A stretch of DNA of 31,280 bases from Acidobacteriota bacterium (GCA_003223595.1 QHVR01000403.1:1-31280), one strand, 5' to 3'. Positions 7,740 through 17,621 are shown, counted from the first letter of the stretch. Notes: generated from the letters alone by a model not told the origin. Translations and numbers: made by a program.

Positions 7740-8827
7740 TAGAGAGTGATTCAACCCGCTCGCTGGCTCGCATCCTTATTGTGGACGACAGCGCTTTCAT
7801 GCGCACCGCGCTGGCGCGCATGATCAAATCGGAGGCCGGGTTCGAAGTCGTTGGAACGGCGTGCACGGGGGCGGACGCTCTAGAGAAGATTGCTGCGTTG
7901 GATCCGGACGTGGTCACTCTGGACCTGCAAATGCCAGGAATGGACGGATTGGAAGCATTGCGTCACATCATGACTGATTTCCCGCGCCCAGTCATAATGG
8001 TCAGCGCGGCGACTGAGAAGGACGCCGAGATTACGTTCAACGCGCTGAGCGCTGGCGCATTCGATTGTGTTCCCAAGCAGATGTCGTCGTCATCGCTCGA
8101 GATCGCCCACATCCGTTCGGATCTGATCTCGAAAATTCATGCCGCTTGCCAAGCGCGGCATCCGGGATTACCGCATTCGCTTTGCCGGAAACCCCCGCAG
8201 CCCGCTTATCAAAGAGGTGCAGATTTTCGCAGGGTGAATCCAGCCATCGTGGCCATTGGGACCTCGACCGGCGGACCGAGAGCTTTGGAACAAATCCTTC
8301 CCCGGCTTCCCGGAGACTTTCCTATTCCCATTATGATCGTGCAGCATATGCCCGCGAGCTTTCTCGCCTCGTTTGCACAGCGGTTGCAGTCGCTCTGCGC
8401 AATTGAGGTTCACGAAGCCAGGGATAAAGAAATCATTCGCCCCGCCACGGTTTATGTCAGCCCGGCCGGTCTTCATACACGGGTGCAGAGGGGCACGCCT
8501 GGGTCGCAGGTATTCATTTCGCTCGATAGAAATCCAGCGGACGCGCTGCACATTCCCTCCGCTGACGTGCTTATGGAATCCTTGGCAAAACTTTATGGGA
8601 ACCGCGCGATGGGAGTGATCCTGACCGGTATGGGGTGCGACGGCTCACAAGGAATGAAAGCCATTCATCACGCAGGAGGGCTCACCATTGGACAGGATGA
8701 GGCGACATGCACGGTTTACGGCATGCCGCGTGCCTGCGCTGAACTTGGGGTCCTGATTCGTGTCGTCCCACTGTCAGAAATTCCGGGTGAACTCCTGCAA
8801 GCTGTGCGGCGCAGCATGCACGCGTAA
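7736..8827 (+). CDS. cheB: Chemotaxis response regulator protein-glutamate methylesterase
   Basis: REC domain (VDDSAFMR, DLQMP) plus the methylesterase triad motifs GTSTGGP, QHMP and TGMGCDG. Confidence 0.95.
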   Translation: MIESDSTRSLARILIVDDSAFMRTALARMIKSEAGFEVVGTACTGADALEKIAALDPDVVTLDLQMPGMDGLEALRHIMTDFPRPVIMVSAATEKDAEITFNALSAGAFDCVPKQMSSSSLEIAHIRSDLISKIHAACQARHPGLPHSLCRKPPQPAYQRGADFRRVNPAIVAIGTSTGGPRALEQILPRLPGDFPIPIMIVQHMPASFLASFAQRLQSLCAIEVHEARDKEIIRPATVYVSPAGLHTRVQRGTPGSQVFISLDRNPADALHIPSADVLMESLAKLYGNRAMGVILTGMGCDGSQGMKAIHHAGGLTIGQDEATCTVYGMPRACAELGVLIRVVPLSEIPGELLQAVRRSMHA

Positions 8828-8834
8828 TCACGGC

Positions 8835-11375
8835 TCATTTCGGCGCACTTAGCACCGTCTGGAAGGGATCGAGCACGATCTTTCGAGTTCCCGCGGGCGC
8901 GGATAGCCGGAACGGGGTCTCCTCCCCATCGGCAAAGACGCGGCCCAGCAAGACGTACTGCTTACCCGCAGCTATCGCGTACACCGGAACCGCTGTCACC
9001 AGGTCCTCGGGTGCCTGTTTTTGCAAAATCGTTCCGGTCACCGTAACACCGCTTCCCTTGGCCGAAAACTTCACGCCTTTCAGCTCAAACTTGGGAAGCG
9101 AGATGCCATTGACCCATCCCTCAACAAACCAATCCAGCGACTTTTTGTGTTCGTAGCGGAGTGAAGCCGGAAGCTCTTCAGCGAAGACATCCATCAGCTC
9201 CCTGGTGCTGATTGCCCTGCCTTCATAGCGCTGACGAACTCGTCTCAAGGCGCGTACAAAAGGTTCCTCGGAATTCGCTGTGTTCCTAGCCTTCGCTTCT
9301 CCGCTCTCCGCATCCTTGAGCATCGTCCGGAGCATGTGAAAGAGCCACGTTCCCCGGCCATAGGTGAGGACCTCGTAACTTTGTGGCGAGCGAGAAGACA
9401 CCAGCCGCGTTCCGAGCGTCACCGGTCCTGCGTCCTCCGGAGATCTTTCTTCCTGATCCTTGCTGGCCAGTTCGCGGCGGTAATCCTCCATGATCATGCG
9501 GAATCCCGCCGGATTCTGCTCCTGCAGCATCATCAGGGTGCAGTACTGGGAGAGCCCTTCGGAGAGCCATTGGTCGCGATAGCTGCTCCACGACACCAGG
9601 TCGCCCCACCACTGATGCGCCGTCTCGTGAGCAGGTACGAGGCGCTGCAGCAGAATCTGCGTCTCCCCGTAATGCAACTGTTCTCGTTCCTGATCGCTCA
9701 GGAAGGCGTAAGAGGACAAGAAGACCAACCCGGGCCAACCCTGGCTGGCACGCCCTGGCAGCTGCGTCAGCGCTAGATGACTGTAAGGAAACGGGCCGAA
9801 GCGGTCGGAAAAATACTGGATGGCTTGCGCGGCCTCCTCGCCGACCCTGACCTCATTCTGCGCCGGGGAAGGCCGAACCGGGACGATAACTTGCGGCCGC
9901 CGCATCGGATTTTGCGGAGGAGGAGCGATGACCTGAATTTGCCCTGTAGGGAAGTCCTTCTCCATACTGCGGGTCGCGTAGGTCTCGATAGCGACACTGC
10001 CCACGCGAGTCGTGGCCTCCCGGTACTTGCCGAGGTTAAACCCGGCCAGTGGAATGTGACGATCCGAGACCCACCGCGTCACCTGTTGCCCGTTCGCCTT
10101 AGGAATCTGACCCTGCAAGACCTCTGCAGGTTTTCCTGTCGCCACCAGTGTCCAGTCTTGGGGATAGCTGAACTGCAAATCGAAATCAGCCATTTCCATA
10201 CCGCGGTTTGGATACCAGGTGCCGCGAGCGCCAACATACAGCAACCCGCTGCCCTGTTCCTCCAGAACTTCTCCCCCGTAGGAAAATTCCAGCTCGAATT
10301 TCTGACCGGTTCGCGTGGGCTCTGGAAGTACAACCGCGATCACATCGTTACCCCGGCGTGAGAGTTCCGTGCCCTCCAGGGAAGGATTGTGAATGAACTC
10401 CACGGGCCGGCCGTCCAGGGTTACGCTGTTGGTTGGCAGAAAGCGCGAAAGTTCAAACAGAAGTGTTCTTTCGCCGCCGTCGAGCACCTCGCATTGCAAG
10501 CGCGCGCGCGCCTGAATGCGTTTGGGAGGCGTCACCTCGGTGTTAATGGCGAACCGGCGCACGGCGATGCGACTGGCTCGGAGTCTCTGGTTCTGGGGCT
10601 GAGGAGAGCTATCCAGTTTCGGCCGCCTTGATGCGGTGCGCGGTGAGAACGAAGTCCACACGTCGTAATAGTTTTCCCCGTTCACTAATTTGGCCTGGCC
10701 AGCCTGCACTTGCTCGGGCGCAGTGGAGTCAAAAAAGACGTCGAACACTCCTAACGTGGTGCCCTGCAGACGCGCGTGCAGAAAGCGATCGGACGCTTTG
10801 GCTTCTTGCTCGGAACTGCCCGACGCTCCACTCACGGGTAGCATTCGGCTGAAGGTCATGAGCAGCCTCATGGCGTCTATCGGGGCAAGATTTTTAGCGG
10901 TCGGAGCCCAGCGGTCTACAAACTGCTGTTTCTCGTCGCTGGCGCGCAGATCCGGCGCGAGTTCGCTTGCCGCATCCTCGTTGAATCTGAAGTACGCGGT
11001 TGCAAAGCGTTCCTCCAAGATTGCCATTCCGGTGAACAGGCTCATGGATCTTCGTTCGACTTCATCGGGAGGGCTCAGAAGAATCTCGCCTTCGCCTTCG
11101 AAGAATGCACCCGTGATGTGGCCCATGACGTCCTGCGTGAACCCGATAGTGCCGTCGTCCAGACTGATTTGGATCGCGGTGCGATTCAGGGAGGCGCCGC
11201 GCACGCGATAAACGCGGGCAGGGTCGAGGCTCACCTCCCCGAGTTGCGTATAGAGCGTTGCTGCTTGCTTTCCGGATGACTCCTGGGCGGCAATCGGCGT
11301 CCACGGACAGGTGCAGAGTGCAAGCAAAGCCGCGGCCAGCAAGGAAATTCGGTTCGTCCCCAGTACCTTCGTCAC
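8835..11375 (-). CDS. Secreted M1-family (gluzincin) aminopeptidase-like protein
   Basis: N-terminal signal peptide; HETAH-x18-E (HETAHQWWG...WLSEG); TYGRG. SQGWPG occupies the GAMEN position. Confidence 0.88.
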   Translation of the reverse strand: MTKVLGTNRISLLAAALLALCTCPWTPIAAQESSGKQAATLYTQLGEVSLDPARVYRVRGASLNRTAIQISLDDGTIGFTQDVMGHITGAFFEGEGEILLSPPDEVERRSMSLFTGMAILEERFATAYFRFNEDAASELAPDLRASDEKQQFVDRWAPTAKNLAPIDAMRLLMTFSRMLPVSGASGSSEQEAKASDRFLHARLQGTTLGVFDVFFDSTAPEQVQAGQAKLVNGENYYDVWTSFSPRTASRRPKLDSSPQPQNQRLRASRIAVRRFAINTEVTPPKRIQARARLQCEVLDGGERTLLFELSRFLPTNSVTLDGRPVEFIHNPSLEGTELSRRGNDVIAVVLPEPTRTGQKFELEFSYGGEVLEEQGSGLLYVGARGTWYPNRGMEMADFDLQFSYPQDWTLVATGKPAEVLQGQIPKANGQQVTRWVSDRHIPLAGFNLGKYREATTRVGSVAIETYATRSMEKDFPTGQIQVIAPPPQNPMRRPQVIVPVRPSPAQNEVRVGEEAAQAIQYFSDRFGPFPYSHLALTQLPGRASQGWPGLVFLSSYAFLSDQEREQLHYGETQILLQRLVPAHETAHQWWGDLVSWSSYRDQWLSEGLSQYCTLMMLQEQNPAGFRMIMEDYRRELASKDQEERSPEDAGPVTLGTRLVSSRSPQSYEVLTYGRGTWLFHMLRTMLKDAESGEAKARNTANSEEPFVRALRRVRQRYEGRAISTRELMDVFAEELPASLRYEHKKSLDWFVEGWVNGISLPKFELKGVKFSAKGSGVTVTGTILQKQAPEDLVTAVPVYAIAAGKQYVLLGRVFADGEETPFRLSAPAGTRKIVLDPFQTVLSAPK

Positions 11376-11396
11376 GTGGGTTGGGCATTCCTCCGT

Positions 11397-11405
11397 TGCT
11401 AGAAT
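11397..11405 (+). promoter_or_regulatory. Extended -10 promoter (TG-c-TAGAAT), probably leaderless transcript
   Basis: TGCTAGAAT ends 8 nt before ATG 11414 and no SD is present. Confidence 0.6.
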
Positions 11406-11413
11406 GCGCCTGA

Positions 11414-12829
11414 ATGCGGCTGCGTGTCACCTTTCTGGCTCTCTGTCTGGCGCAGGCTTGGCCTGGTCTCTGGGCGGATACTATTCATCTGAAAAATGGC
11501 CGCAAGATTCTCGCGGATCATGTCCGCGAGAACGGCAATCGCTACCAGTACGAAGTTGGGGACGACTCCTACGGGATCCCCAAGTCCGCGGTGGACCATG
11601 TGGAAGCGGGTGGTTTCGCAGCCCGCAGCAGCGCGACCGAGAAGCTTGGTGATCTGCCGAGCTTCGACTCCGCAGTCATCAGCCTCGCCAAGGAAGGCGA
11701 CCTCACCGCAAAAATTATCCGGGATGGGAAAGTCGATCAGGATGGGCTGAGCACCCTGGAGGCAAAAGGCAATCCCGTCTTGAGTTCCACGGCAAATTTC
11801 ATCGCCGGCAAGTTTGAGTTCGAACACGGCAATATTGCGCACTCGCAGCAATATTTCGAGAGCGCTCTCCGGTTCCAGCCGGAGAGTGCGACCGTGCTTA
11901 CGTATTACGCGGCAGTCTTGGCTCGTACGGGAAACTCCGGCCAGGCGCTGCCTTATGCTGAACGCGCAGTTCGGGCCAATCCTGATTCGGCCGATGCGTA
12001 CACGATGCTCGGGTACGCGCAGTTCGCTTCGGATCACACCAAGGACGCCATTGTGTCCTGGAAGCGCTCCCTCGCGCTTCGTCCGGATGCCTCGGTGCAG
12101 CGCTTTCTGGATAAAGCGCAGCGCGAGCAGGCGGCCGAAGCCGAGTTCGTGCAGAACGAAAGCAGCCATTTCGTGCTGCACTACGAAGGTAAGCAGAGCG
12201 AAGCCCTCGGCACGCAAATCCTAGCCGCTCTCGAAGCAGATTATGACGACCTCGTCCGCGATCTCGGTAGTCCTCCTCGCGACAGTATCCAGGTGACGCT
12301 CTATACCGAGACGGCGTTTTTTGACGTGACCCACGCCCCCAGTTGGGTAGGCGCCCTCAATGATGGCAAGCTGCGCATCCCGATCAGCGGTCTCACATCA
12401 GTGAGTCCCGAACTGGCCCACGTGCTCAAGCACGAGCTGGCGCACTCGTTCGTAGCCAAACTCTCGGCCGGCCGCTGTCCTCCATGGCTCAACGAGGGTA
12501 TTGCGCAGTTCCTGGAACCCAGAAGCCTTGCGGGCGATGGCCGCCAGCTAGCCCATCTTTTTAAGACCCAGCAGAACCTTCCATTCAACGTGTTGGAGGG
12601 CAGTTTCATGAAGCTTTCGGGCGGCACGGCTTACATTGCTTATGCCGAGAGTCTGGCGGCCGTAACCTTTATTAGCGATTCCTACGGGTTGAGCGACGTG
12701 CAACGCATTTTGGAACGCATCAGCCAGGGGAATTCAACCGAAGCTGCCCTTCGTGCCACCATTCACTCCGATTACGGCCAATTCGAGATGGACTTAGGGC
12801 GTTATCTCGCCGATAAGTACGGAGAGTGA
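11414..12829 (+). CDS. Secreted TPR-repeat protein with C-terminal peptidase MA-like zinc domain
   Basis: Signal peptide, DTIHLKNG small N-terminal domain, TPR-like helices (ALPYAERAV...DAYTMLGYAQ) and HELAH...WLNEG. Confidence 0.85.
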   Translation: MRLRVTFLALCLAQAWPGLWADTIHLKNGRKILADHVRENGNRYQYEVGDDSYGIPKSAVDHVEAGGFAARSSATEKLGDLPSFDSAVISLAKEGDLTAKIIRDGKVDQDGLSTLEAKGNPVLSSTANFIAGKFEFEHGNIAHSQQYFESALRFQPESATVLTYYAAVLARTGNSGQALPYAERAVRANPDSADAYTMLGYAQFASDHTKDAIVSWKRSLALRPDASVQRFLDKAQREQAAEAEFVQNESSHFVLHYEGKQSEALGTQILAALEADYDDLVRDLGSPPRDSIQVTLYTETAFFDVTHAPSWVGALNDGKLRIPISGLTSVSPELAHVLKHELAHSFVAKLSAGRCPPWLNEGIAQFLEPRSLAGDGRQLAHLFKTQQNLPFNVLEGSFMKLSGGTAYIAYAESLAAVTFISDSYGLSDVQRILERISQGNSTEAALRATIHSDYGQFEMDLGRYLADKYGE

Positions 12830-12926
12830 GCCGGTTGGGTTAGCGGAAATAGAAAGCCTGCTCTCCTGCCCGGCTGGGCACGGGCTGGACAGCCCAAGAG
12901 CTTTCACTGCGTATAAGCGGGCTCAA

Positions 12927-12955
12927 TTGCTCACATCGGATTTCCATGCTAGCTT
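12927..12955 (+). promoter_or_regulatory. Sigma-70-type promoter
   Basis: TTGCTC-N17-TAGCTT with a TG extension, 18 nt before GTG 12974. Confidence 0.5.
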
Positions 12956-12973
12956 GCATTTGAGTATTAATCT

Positions 12974-13741
12974 GTGCGTTCCTTTTTCAAATTTAGCGGA
13001 TCAGATACACCGGTTGCGGTCGAGCCGACCCCAACCGTTTTCCCCAACATCGATGGCGCCGATATAGCAGCCGTCTTCGCCGGCAACCGCGTGGCGGGAG
13101 ATTTTTATGACTCGGTGCGCGTCAGCCCTGAGCGAGTTCTTATTGGCCTGCTCGATGTTGCCGGCCGCCGCGAAGCAAACCGCAAGCTCCTCATCACGGC
13201 GCAGGAAACTTTTCGCGAGTCCGGCAGGGAACTGTTTTCGGCGGTCGATATCAATGAATCCGACGCCATGATCGAACTCAACGTACTTATCAATCGCCGC
13301 TTGATTGAAGCTTCTAACGGGGTTCACTCCTGCCCGGCTTTCACCGCCTGTTATCACGAGAGACTGGGGACACTCTGCTATTGCAACGCTGGACATACTT
13401 CCGGGCTGCTCCGCGATAGCACCGGCATTGTCGAACTCGGTTCCACGGGATTGCCCTTGGGCCTGTTCTCGCACGCGACCTCCGATGCGCGAATGGTGGG
13501 CATGGAAAGGTCTGCCGCCCTGCTGCTGGTGTCTCAGGGGTTAGTCTCTTGCGAAGGCGGGGGCCGAGACAACGGCGGGCATGAATTCGGCTTGGAGAAA
13601 GTCAGGAAAGTGCTTCAAAATGCATCCTCCCTTAGTGCCAAAGAGCTATGCTCGTCCGTCCTTAGCTCGGTAGCCGACTACAGCGGCCATGTTCCCCTCT
13701 GCGATGACCGTACGGCACTTGCCCTGATTCGGACCCGCTAG
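12974..13741 (+). CDS. Stand-alone SpoIIE/PP2C (RsbU-like) phosphatase-domain protein, degenerate
   Basis: GDFYD, DVAG, NAGH, GLPLGL and DDRT are present; SQG replaces the usual (T/S)DG motif. Confidence 0.82.
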   Translation: MRSFFKFSGSDTPVAVEPTPTVFPNIDGADIAAVFAGNRVAGDFYDSVRVSPERVLIGLLDVAGRREANRKLLITAQETFRESGRELFSAVDINESDAMIELNVLINRRLIEASNGVHSCPAFTACYHERLGTLCYCNAGHTSGLLRDSTGIVELGSTGLPLGLFSHATSDARMVGMERSAALLLVSQGLVSCEGGGRDNGGHEFGLEKVRKVLQNASSLSAKELCSSVLSSVADYSGHVPLCDDRTALALIRTR

Positions 13742-13903
13742 GCAAACTTTTGTGGGCTATCTAGGCGTCCAACAGGAAGGTACCAGCGGTCCCTCGGCCT
13801 ATCTCCTTTCACGTGCCCTTGTGTCGCCAATCTGGCCGGAAGGAGTAAAATATCTTATCGGCCTAACCCCACCGTTTGACCGCAAGCCCAGGAACTGGCC
13901 TAC

Positions 13904-15064
13904 ATGACTCCTATGAAGAAACGTTGCCTGACATGTATCGCTTTGGCTTGTCTGCCCGCGCTCGCGGCCGGACAGGTTGTGGAAGAAATCGTCGCTCGCG
14001 TGAATAATCAGATCATTACCCGTTCCGAATTCACTCGCAGCAAGGACCAGCTTCGGGACGAGGTCAAGCAGCAGGACCCGAACGACGCCGACAAGGTCTA
14101 TGGCGCCAAGGAAAAGGACGTCCTGCGCGACCTGATCGACCAGCAACTTCTTCTCGACAAAGGCAAAGACCTTGGCATCACCGGCGACACCGATCTGGTG
14201 AAGCGCCTGGACGAGATGCGCAAGAGCATGAAGCTGGACTCTTTGGAAGCGCTGGAGAAGGAAGCCGAAAAGCAGGGCATCTCCTGGGAAGATTTCAAGC
14301 AGCAGCAAAAGAACCAGATCATCACCCAGAAGGTCATCGGCGAAGAAGTCAGCAGCAAGCTCTCGATTACCAAGGAAGAAGCTGAGAAGTTTTACGAGGA
14401 CCACAAGAACGAGATGGAGCAGCCCGAATCCATCCGCCTAGCAGAAATTCTGGTGGCACCGAAGACGTCGTCGATCACGCCTGACTCCAAGGCGGCCGGG
14501 ACGCCCGCTGATTCTAAAAACCCGGAGGAGGAAGCTGCCAAACAGGCTGCCGACGCTACCGCGCTAGCTGCTGCGGAAGCCAAGGCCCACGATCTGCTCA
14601 AACAAATCCGTGATGGCGCGGTCTTCGAGGATGTTGCCAAAAAATACTCGGATGGTCCCTCCGCAGCGGACGGCGGCGCGCTCGGCTTATTCAAGCGCGG
14701 ACAACTCGCCAAAGAACTCGAAGATAAGACCTTTGCGATGAAGGCGGGCGAGGTTACAGACGTGATCCGAACCAAGCAGGGCTACGTTATTCTCAAAGTT
14801 GTCGACCATCAGCAGGCTGGCATCCCTTCCCTGAAAGACGCCATGCCAAAGATCCAGGACGCTCTCTACTACGAGAAGCTGCAGCCTGCTCTGCGCGCAT
14901 TTCTCACGAAACTTCGCGAGGACGCTTACATCAAACTGGCGCAGGGATACGTGGACTCCGGCGCCAGTCCAAACCAGACGCTGCCGATCGAGACCACCTC
15001 GGCCAAAGAGGCCGATGCCAAGAAACTGGACAAAAAGAGGCACAAGAAGCTGGGTGTGCTCTGA
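13904..15064 (+). CDS. SurA/PrsA-type peptidyl-prolyl cis-trans isomerase
   Basis: Signal peptide, VVEEIVARVNNQIIT (SurA N-domain) and parvulin motifs FEDVAKKYSDGPSAADGGALG and IRTKQGYVILKV. Confidence 0.92.
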   Translation: MTPMKKRCLTCIALACLPALAAGQVVEEIVARVNNQIITRSEFTRSKDQLRDEVKQQDPNDADKVYGAKEKDVLRDLIDQQLLLDKGKDLGITGDTDLVKRLDEMRKSMKLDSLEALEKEAEKQGISWEDFKQQQKNQIITQKVIGEEVSSKLSITKEEAEKFYEDHKNEMEQPESIRLAEILVAPKTSSITPDSKAAGTPADSKNPEEEAAKQAADATALAAAEAKAHDLLKQIRDGAVFEDVAKKYSDGPSAADGGALGLFKRGQLAKELEDKTFAMKAGEVTDVIRTKQGYVILKVVDHQQAGIPSLKDAMPKIQDALYYEKLQPALRAFLTKLREDAYIKLAQGYVDSGASPNQTLPIETTSAKEADAKKLDKKRHKKLGVL

Positions 15065-15100
15065 TCTTCCCTGACCTGATGCCTACCAGAGTCGCCGTTT

Positions 15101-15125
15101 GACAGCTGCTGGCGGCCGTCCCTAC
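15101..15125 (-). repeat. GTAG-type REP-like palindrome
   Basis: Minus strand reads GTAG-G-GACGGC-cgccagca-GCTGTC (6-bp stem with one G-T pair); intergenic. Confidence 0.4.
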
Positions 15126-15196
15126 ATAGGCGCAGCAGCATGTCCTCCTGAAATCATGCGCATTCCAGAGGGGCTGCTTTATACTTGCCACATCCC

Positions 15197-16291
15197 ATGA
15201 AGGACTTCTACATCGGCGATTGCGTGCGCCACGAGAACAAGGTCATCACCTCGACTTTCGTCGTGGTAGCCAAACAGATCAAGCCGAAGAAGACCGGCGA
15301 ACCTTATCTCGCGTTGACGCTTGGCGATCGCAGCGGGCAGCTCGAAGCCAAGATGTGGGACAACGTGGAGGAAGTACTGGAGGCCTTCGAGCAGGATGAC
15401 TTTCTCAAGATCAAAGGCCTAGTCAATAAATACAAGCAGCGCTTCCAGCTCACGATTCACAAGCTGCGAAAACTCGGTGATGGCGAAATCGATTTTTCCG
15501 ACTACCTTCCCAAGACCACGAAGGATGTCGACGAACTCTGGCAGACGCTAACGAACTTCATCGCCAGTCTCGAGAACCAGCACCTGAAGGGGCTGGTGCA
15601 GGCGTTCATGGCAGATCCGGAAATTGCCGGCGCGTACCGCAACGCCCCCGCCGCGAAAACGCTGCATCACGCCTATATTGGTGGCCTGCTGGATCACGTG
15701 GTGTCGCTGTTCCGCTCCTGTGACCTGATCTGCAGAAACTATCCGCAGATCAACCGCGATCTGCTGCTCACCGGCGCGTTTTTCCATGACATCGGCAAGA
15801 TCCACGAGTTGACGTACAACCGCTCCTTCTCATATTCGACAAAGGGTCAGCTCCTGGGGCACATGATCATCGAACTGGAGATGCTGCAGGCCAAGCTGTC
15901 TTCCCTGCCAGACTTCCCTGATGAACTCAAAATCATGATTGAGCACATGATCATCAGCCACCACGGAGAGTACGAGTTCGGATCGCCCAAGCTGCCGATG
16001 TTCCCTGAAGCTCTGGTGCTGCACTATCTTGATGATCTCGATTCGAAGATGGAAGCCATGCGGGCTCAGTTCGAGCGCGATGCCACTCTCGACGGTCCCT
16101 GGACGACTTACAATCCGTCGCTCGGCCGTCCGGTGCTCAGCACAGAGAAGTTTCTCCGTCCGAGAAAAGTTGCGGAACCCGAGGAGCCCGTGATCACCGT
16201 TACGCCACTCGACCCGGCGCCAGAACCGACCGCACTTGAGCCGGAAGAGACTGTCCAGACGGGCCTGCCCGGCCTGAATCCCACGCGCTAG
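15197..16291 (+). CDS. yhaM: 3'-5' exoribonuclease YhaM/Cbf1 family (OB fold + HD domain)
   Basis: N-terminal OB fold (YLALTLGDRSGQLEAKMWD) and HD motifs HHAYIGGLLDH, HDIGK, SHHG and DDLDSK. Start placed at ATG 15197. Confidence 0.88.
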   Translation: MKDFYIGDCVRHENKVITSTFVVVAKQIKPKKTGEPYLALTLGDRSGQLEAKMWDNVEEVLEAFEQDDFLKIKGLVNKYKQRFQLTIHKLRKLGDGEIDFSDYLPKTTKDVDELWQTLTNFIASLENQHLKGLVQAFMADPEIAGAYRNAPAAKTLHHAYIGGLLDHVVSLFRSCDLICRNYPQINRDLLLTGAFFHDIGKIHELTYNRSFSYSTKGQLLGHMIIELEMLQAKLSSLPDFPDELKIMIEHMIISHHGEYEFGSPKLPMFPEALVLHYLDDLDSKMEAMRAQFERDATLDGPWTTYNPSLGRPVLSTEKFLRPRKVAEPEEPVITVTPLDPAPEPTALEPEETVQTGLPGLNPTR

Positions 16292-16424
16292 TCCGCGCTG
16301 GCTTCGCCCTTACCCAATAGTCGTATCACCGTCGATATCCTCCCTGCCCTTCTCATTCATTGCCGCTCCGCCGTGAATCCATTAGAGTTAGGGCACACCG
16401 AAATTCAAGGATACGGAGGCTCTT

Positions 16425-17114
16425 ATGCGCTCGCGTCTAATTCTGTTCACATTCGCCCTTTATCTAGCATTTGCATTGGGATGCAACAAGCAGCCGGCAG
16501 CTGACAACAGCAGTGATCCTAACCCCACGGATCAGAACGCACCCGCTTCCGCGGAGCAAGGTGGTTCTTCTACCCGTCAACCCAAAGAACGAAAAGAACA
16601 CAAGGCTGAAGCTCGCAGGATGGCGGTACCGGCAGGGACCGCCGTGACCATCAGCCTGGGGGACTCGATCGGCTCAAAGATCAGCCAGTCTGGCCAGACG
16701 TTCGCGGGTAGTGTCGCGAAAGACGTCGTGGTCGGCGGCCAAGTCGCCATTCGTCAAGGCGCCAATGTGAGCGGCACGGTAACGGATGCGAAGCCGCTGG
16801 GAAAATTCGCCGGTGGCGCGGTCCTGCAAGTGCGTTTGGATTCCATCAATAATGTGCAGGTCGCAGCTGCTGAGCGGACGTTCAACCAGAAAGGAAAAGG
16901 CAAACGCACTGCGGTAGCGACGGGTGGAGGCGCGGCCTTGGGCGGAATCATCGGCGGCCTGGTCGGCGGCGGCAAGGGCGCGGCTATTGGATTGGCCGCT
17001 GGCGCTGGTGCCGGGGCCGGGGGCTCGGCCCTGACCGGCAACAAGGACATCGTTCTTCCGGCCGAGTCGAACATCACCTTCGAACTGTCTCAGGCTCTTG
17101 AACTTAGGAAATAA
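16425..17114 (+). CDS. Hypothetical lipoprotein with C-terminal glycine-zipper
   Basis: GGAGG SD; lipobox ALG-C; VPAGT...beta-rich domain; [23 protein letters not shown]. Confidence 0.8.
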   Translation: MRSRLILFTFALYLAFALGCNKQPAADNSSDPNPTDQNAPASAEQGGSSTRQPKERKEHKAEARRMAVPAGTAVTISLGDSIGSKISQSGQTFAGSVAKDVVVGGQVAIRQGANVSGTVTDAKPLGKFAGGAVLQVRLDSINNVQVAAAERTFNQKGKGKRTAVATGGGAALGGIIGGLVGGGKGAAIGLAAGAGAGAGGSALTGNKDIVLPAESNITFELSQALELRK

Positions 17115-17135
17115 CTAGGCTGAGCCGCAAGCCTT

Positions 17136-17175
17136 GCCCCATCCTCCCGCGTCCTGTGTGGCGGATGGGGCTTTT
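17136..17175 (+). terminator. Rho-independent terminator
   Basis: gccccatcc/ggatggggc 9-bp stem followed by TTTT. Confidence 0.7.
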
Positions 17176-17330
17176 GATTTCCTGTTTCGTGTTTATGAAA
17201 GAGGTTTGCGAACTTTTGATTTGCGTGTCCCGCGCCGTTTTGGCACTTTGGTCACGCCCAAAAACTCGAATTTATCTTCCCAAACTCCACCCCTGATGTA
17301 ATAAAATTTGTGTTCCCCCCGGAATCACTT

Positions 17331-17549
17331 ATGGAAAAGTTTGATTTCAATCTGATCTTTTGCCTGATCGTGCAAGCGAACCTGGTGTTCGGCGTAGCTG
17401 GACTCGTCTGGCCCGAGAAGTTTATGTCTCTCTATGGGATCCTGATGTTTCCTTGGCCACCCAGCGAACGCGCGATTCGTGTGAACGGGCTTATTGCGAT
17501 TTTGGGATGGCTTCTAGTGCTGGCCAAGATGTTCATAACTCACCTGTAG
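17331..17549 (+). CDS. Small hypothetical membrane protein (two hydrophobic segments)
   Basis: A TAAAAT -10 at 17302-17307 favours ATG 17331 over GTG 17310; two predicted TM stretches. Confidence 0.6.
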   Translation: MEKFDFNLIFCLIVQANLVFGVAGLVWPEKFMSLYGILMFPWPPSERAIRVNGLIAILGWLLVLAKMFITHL

Positions 17550-17621
17550 CGCCTGGTCGGACGAATCAGCCTGCAGAACCCACGATTCCGAGTCCAGATC
17601 CCGTAACCACCCCCAGAATTA

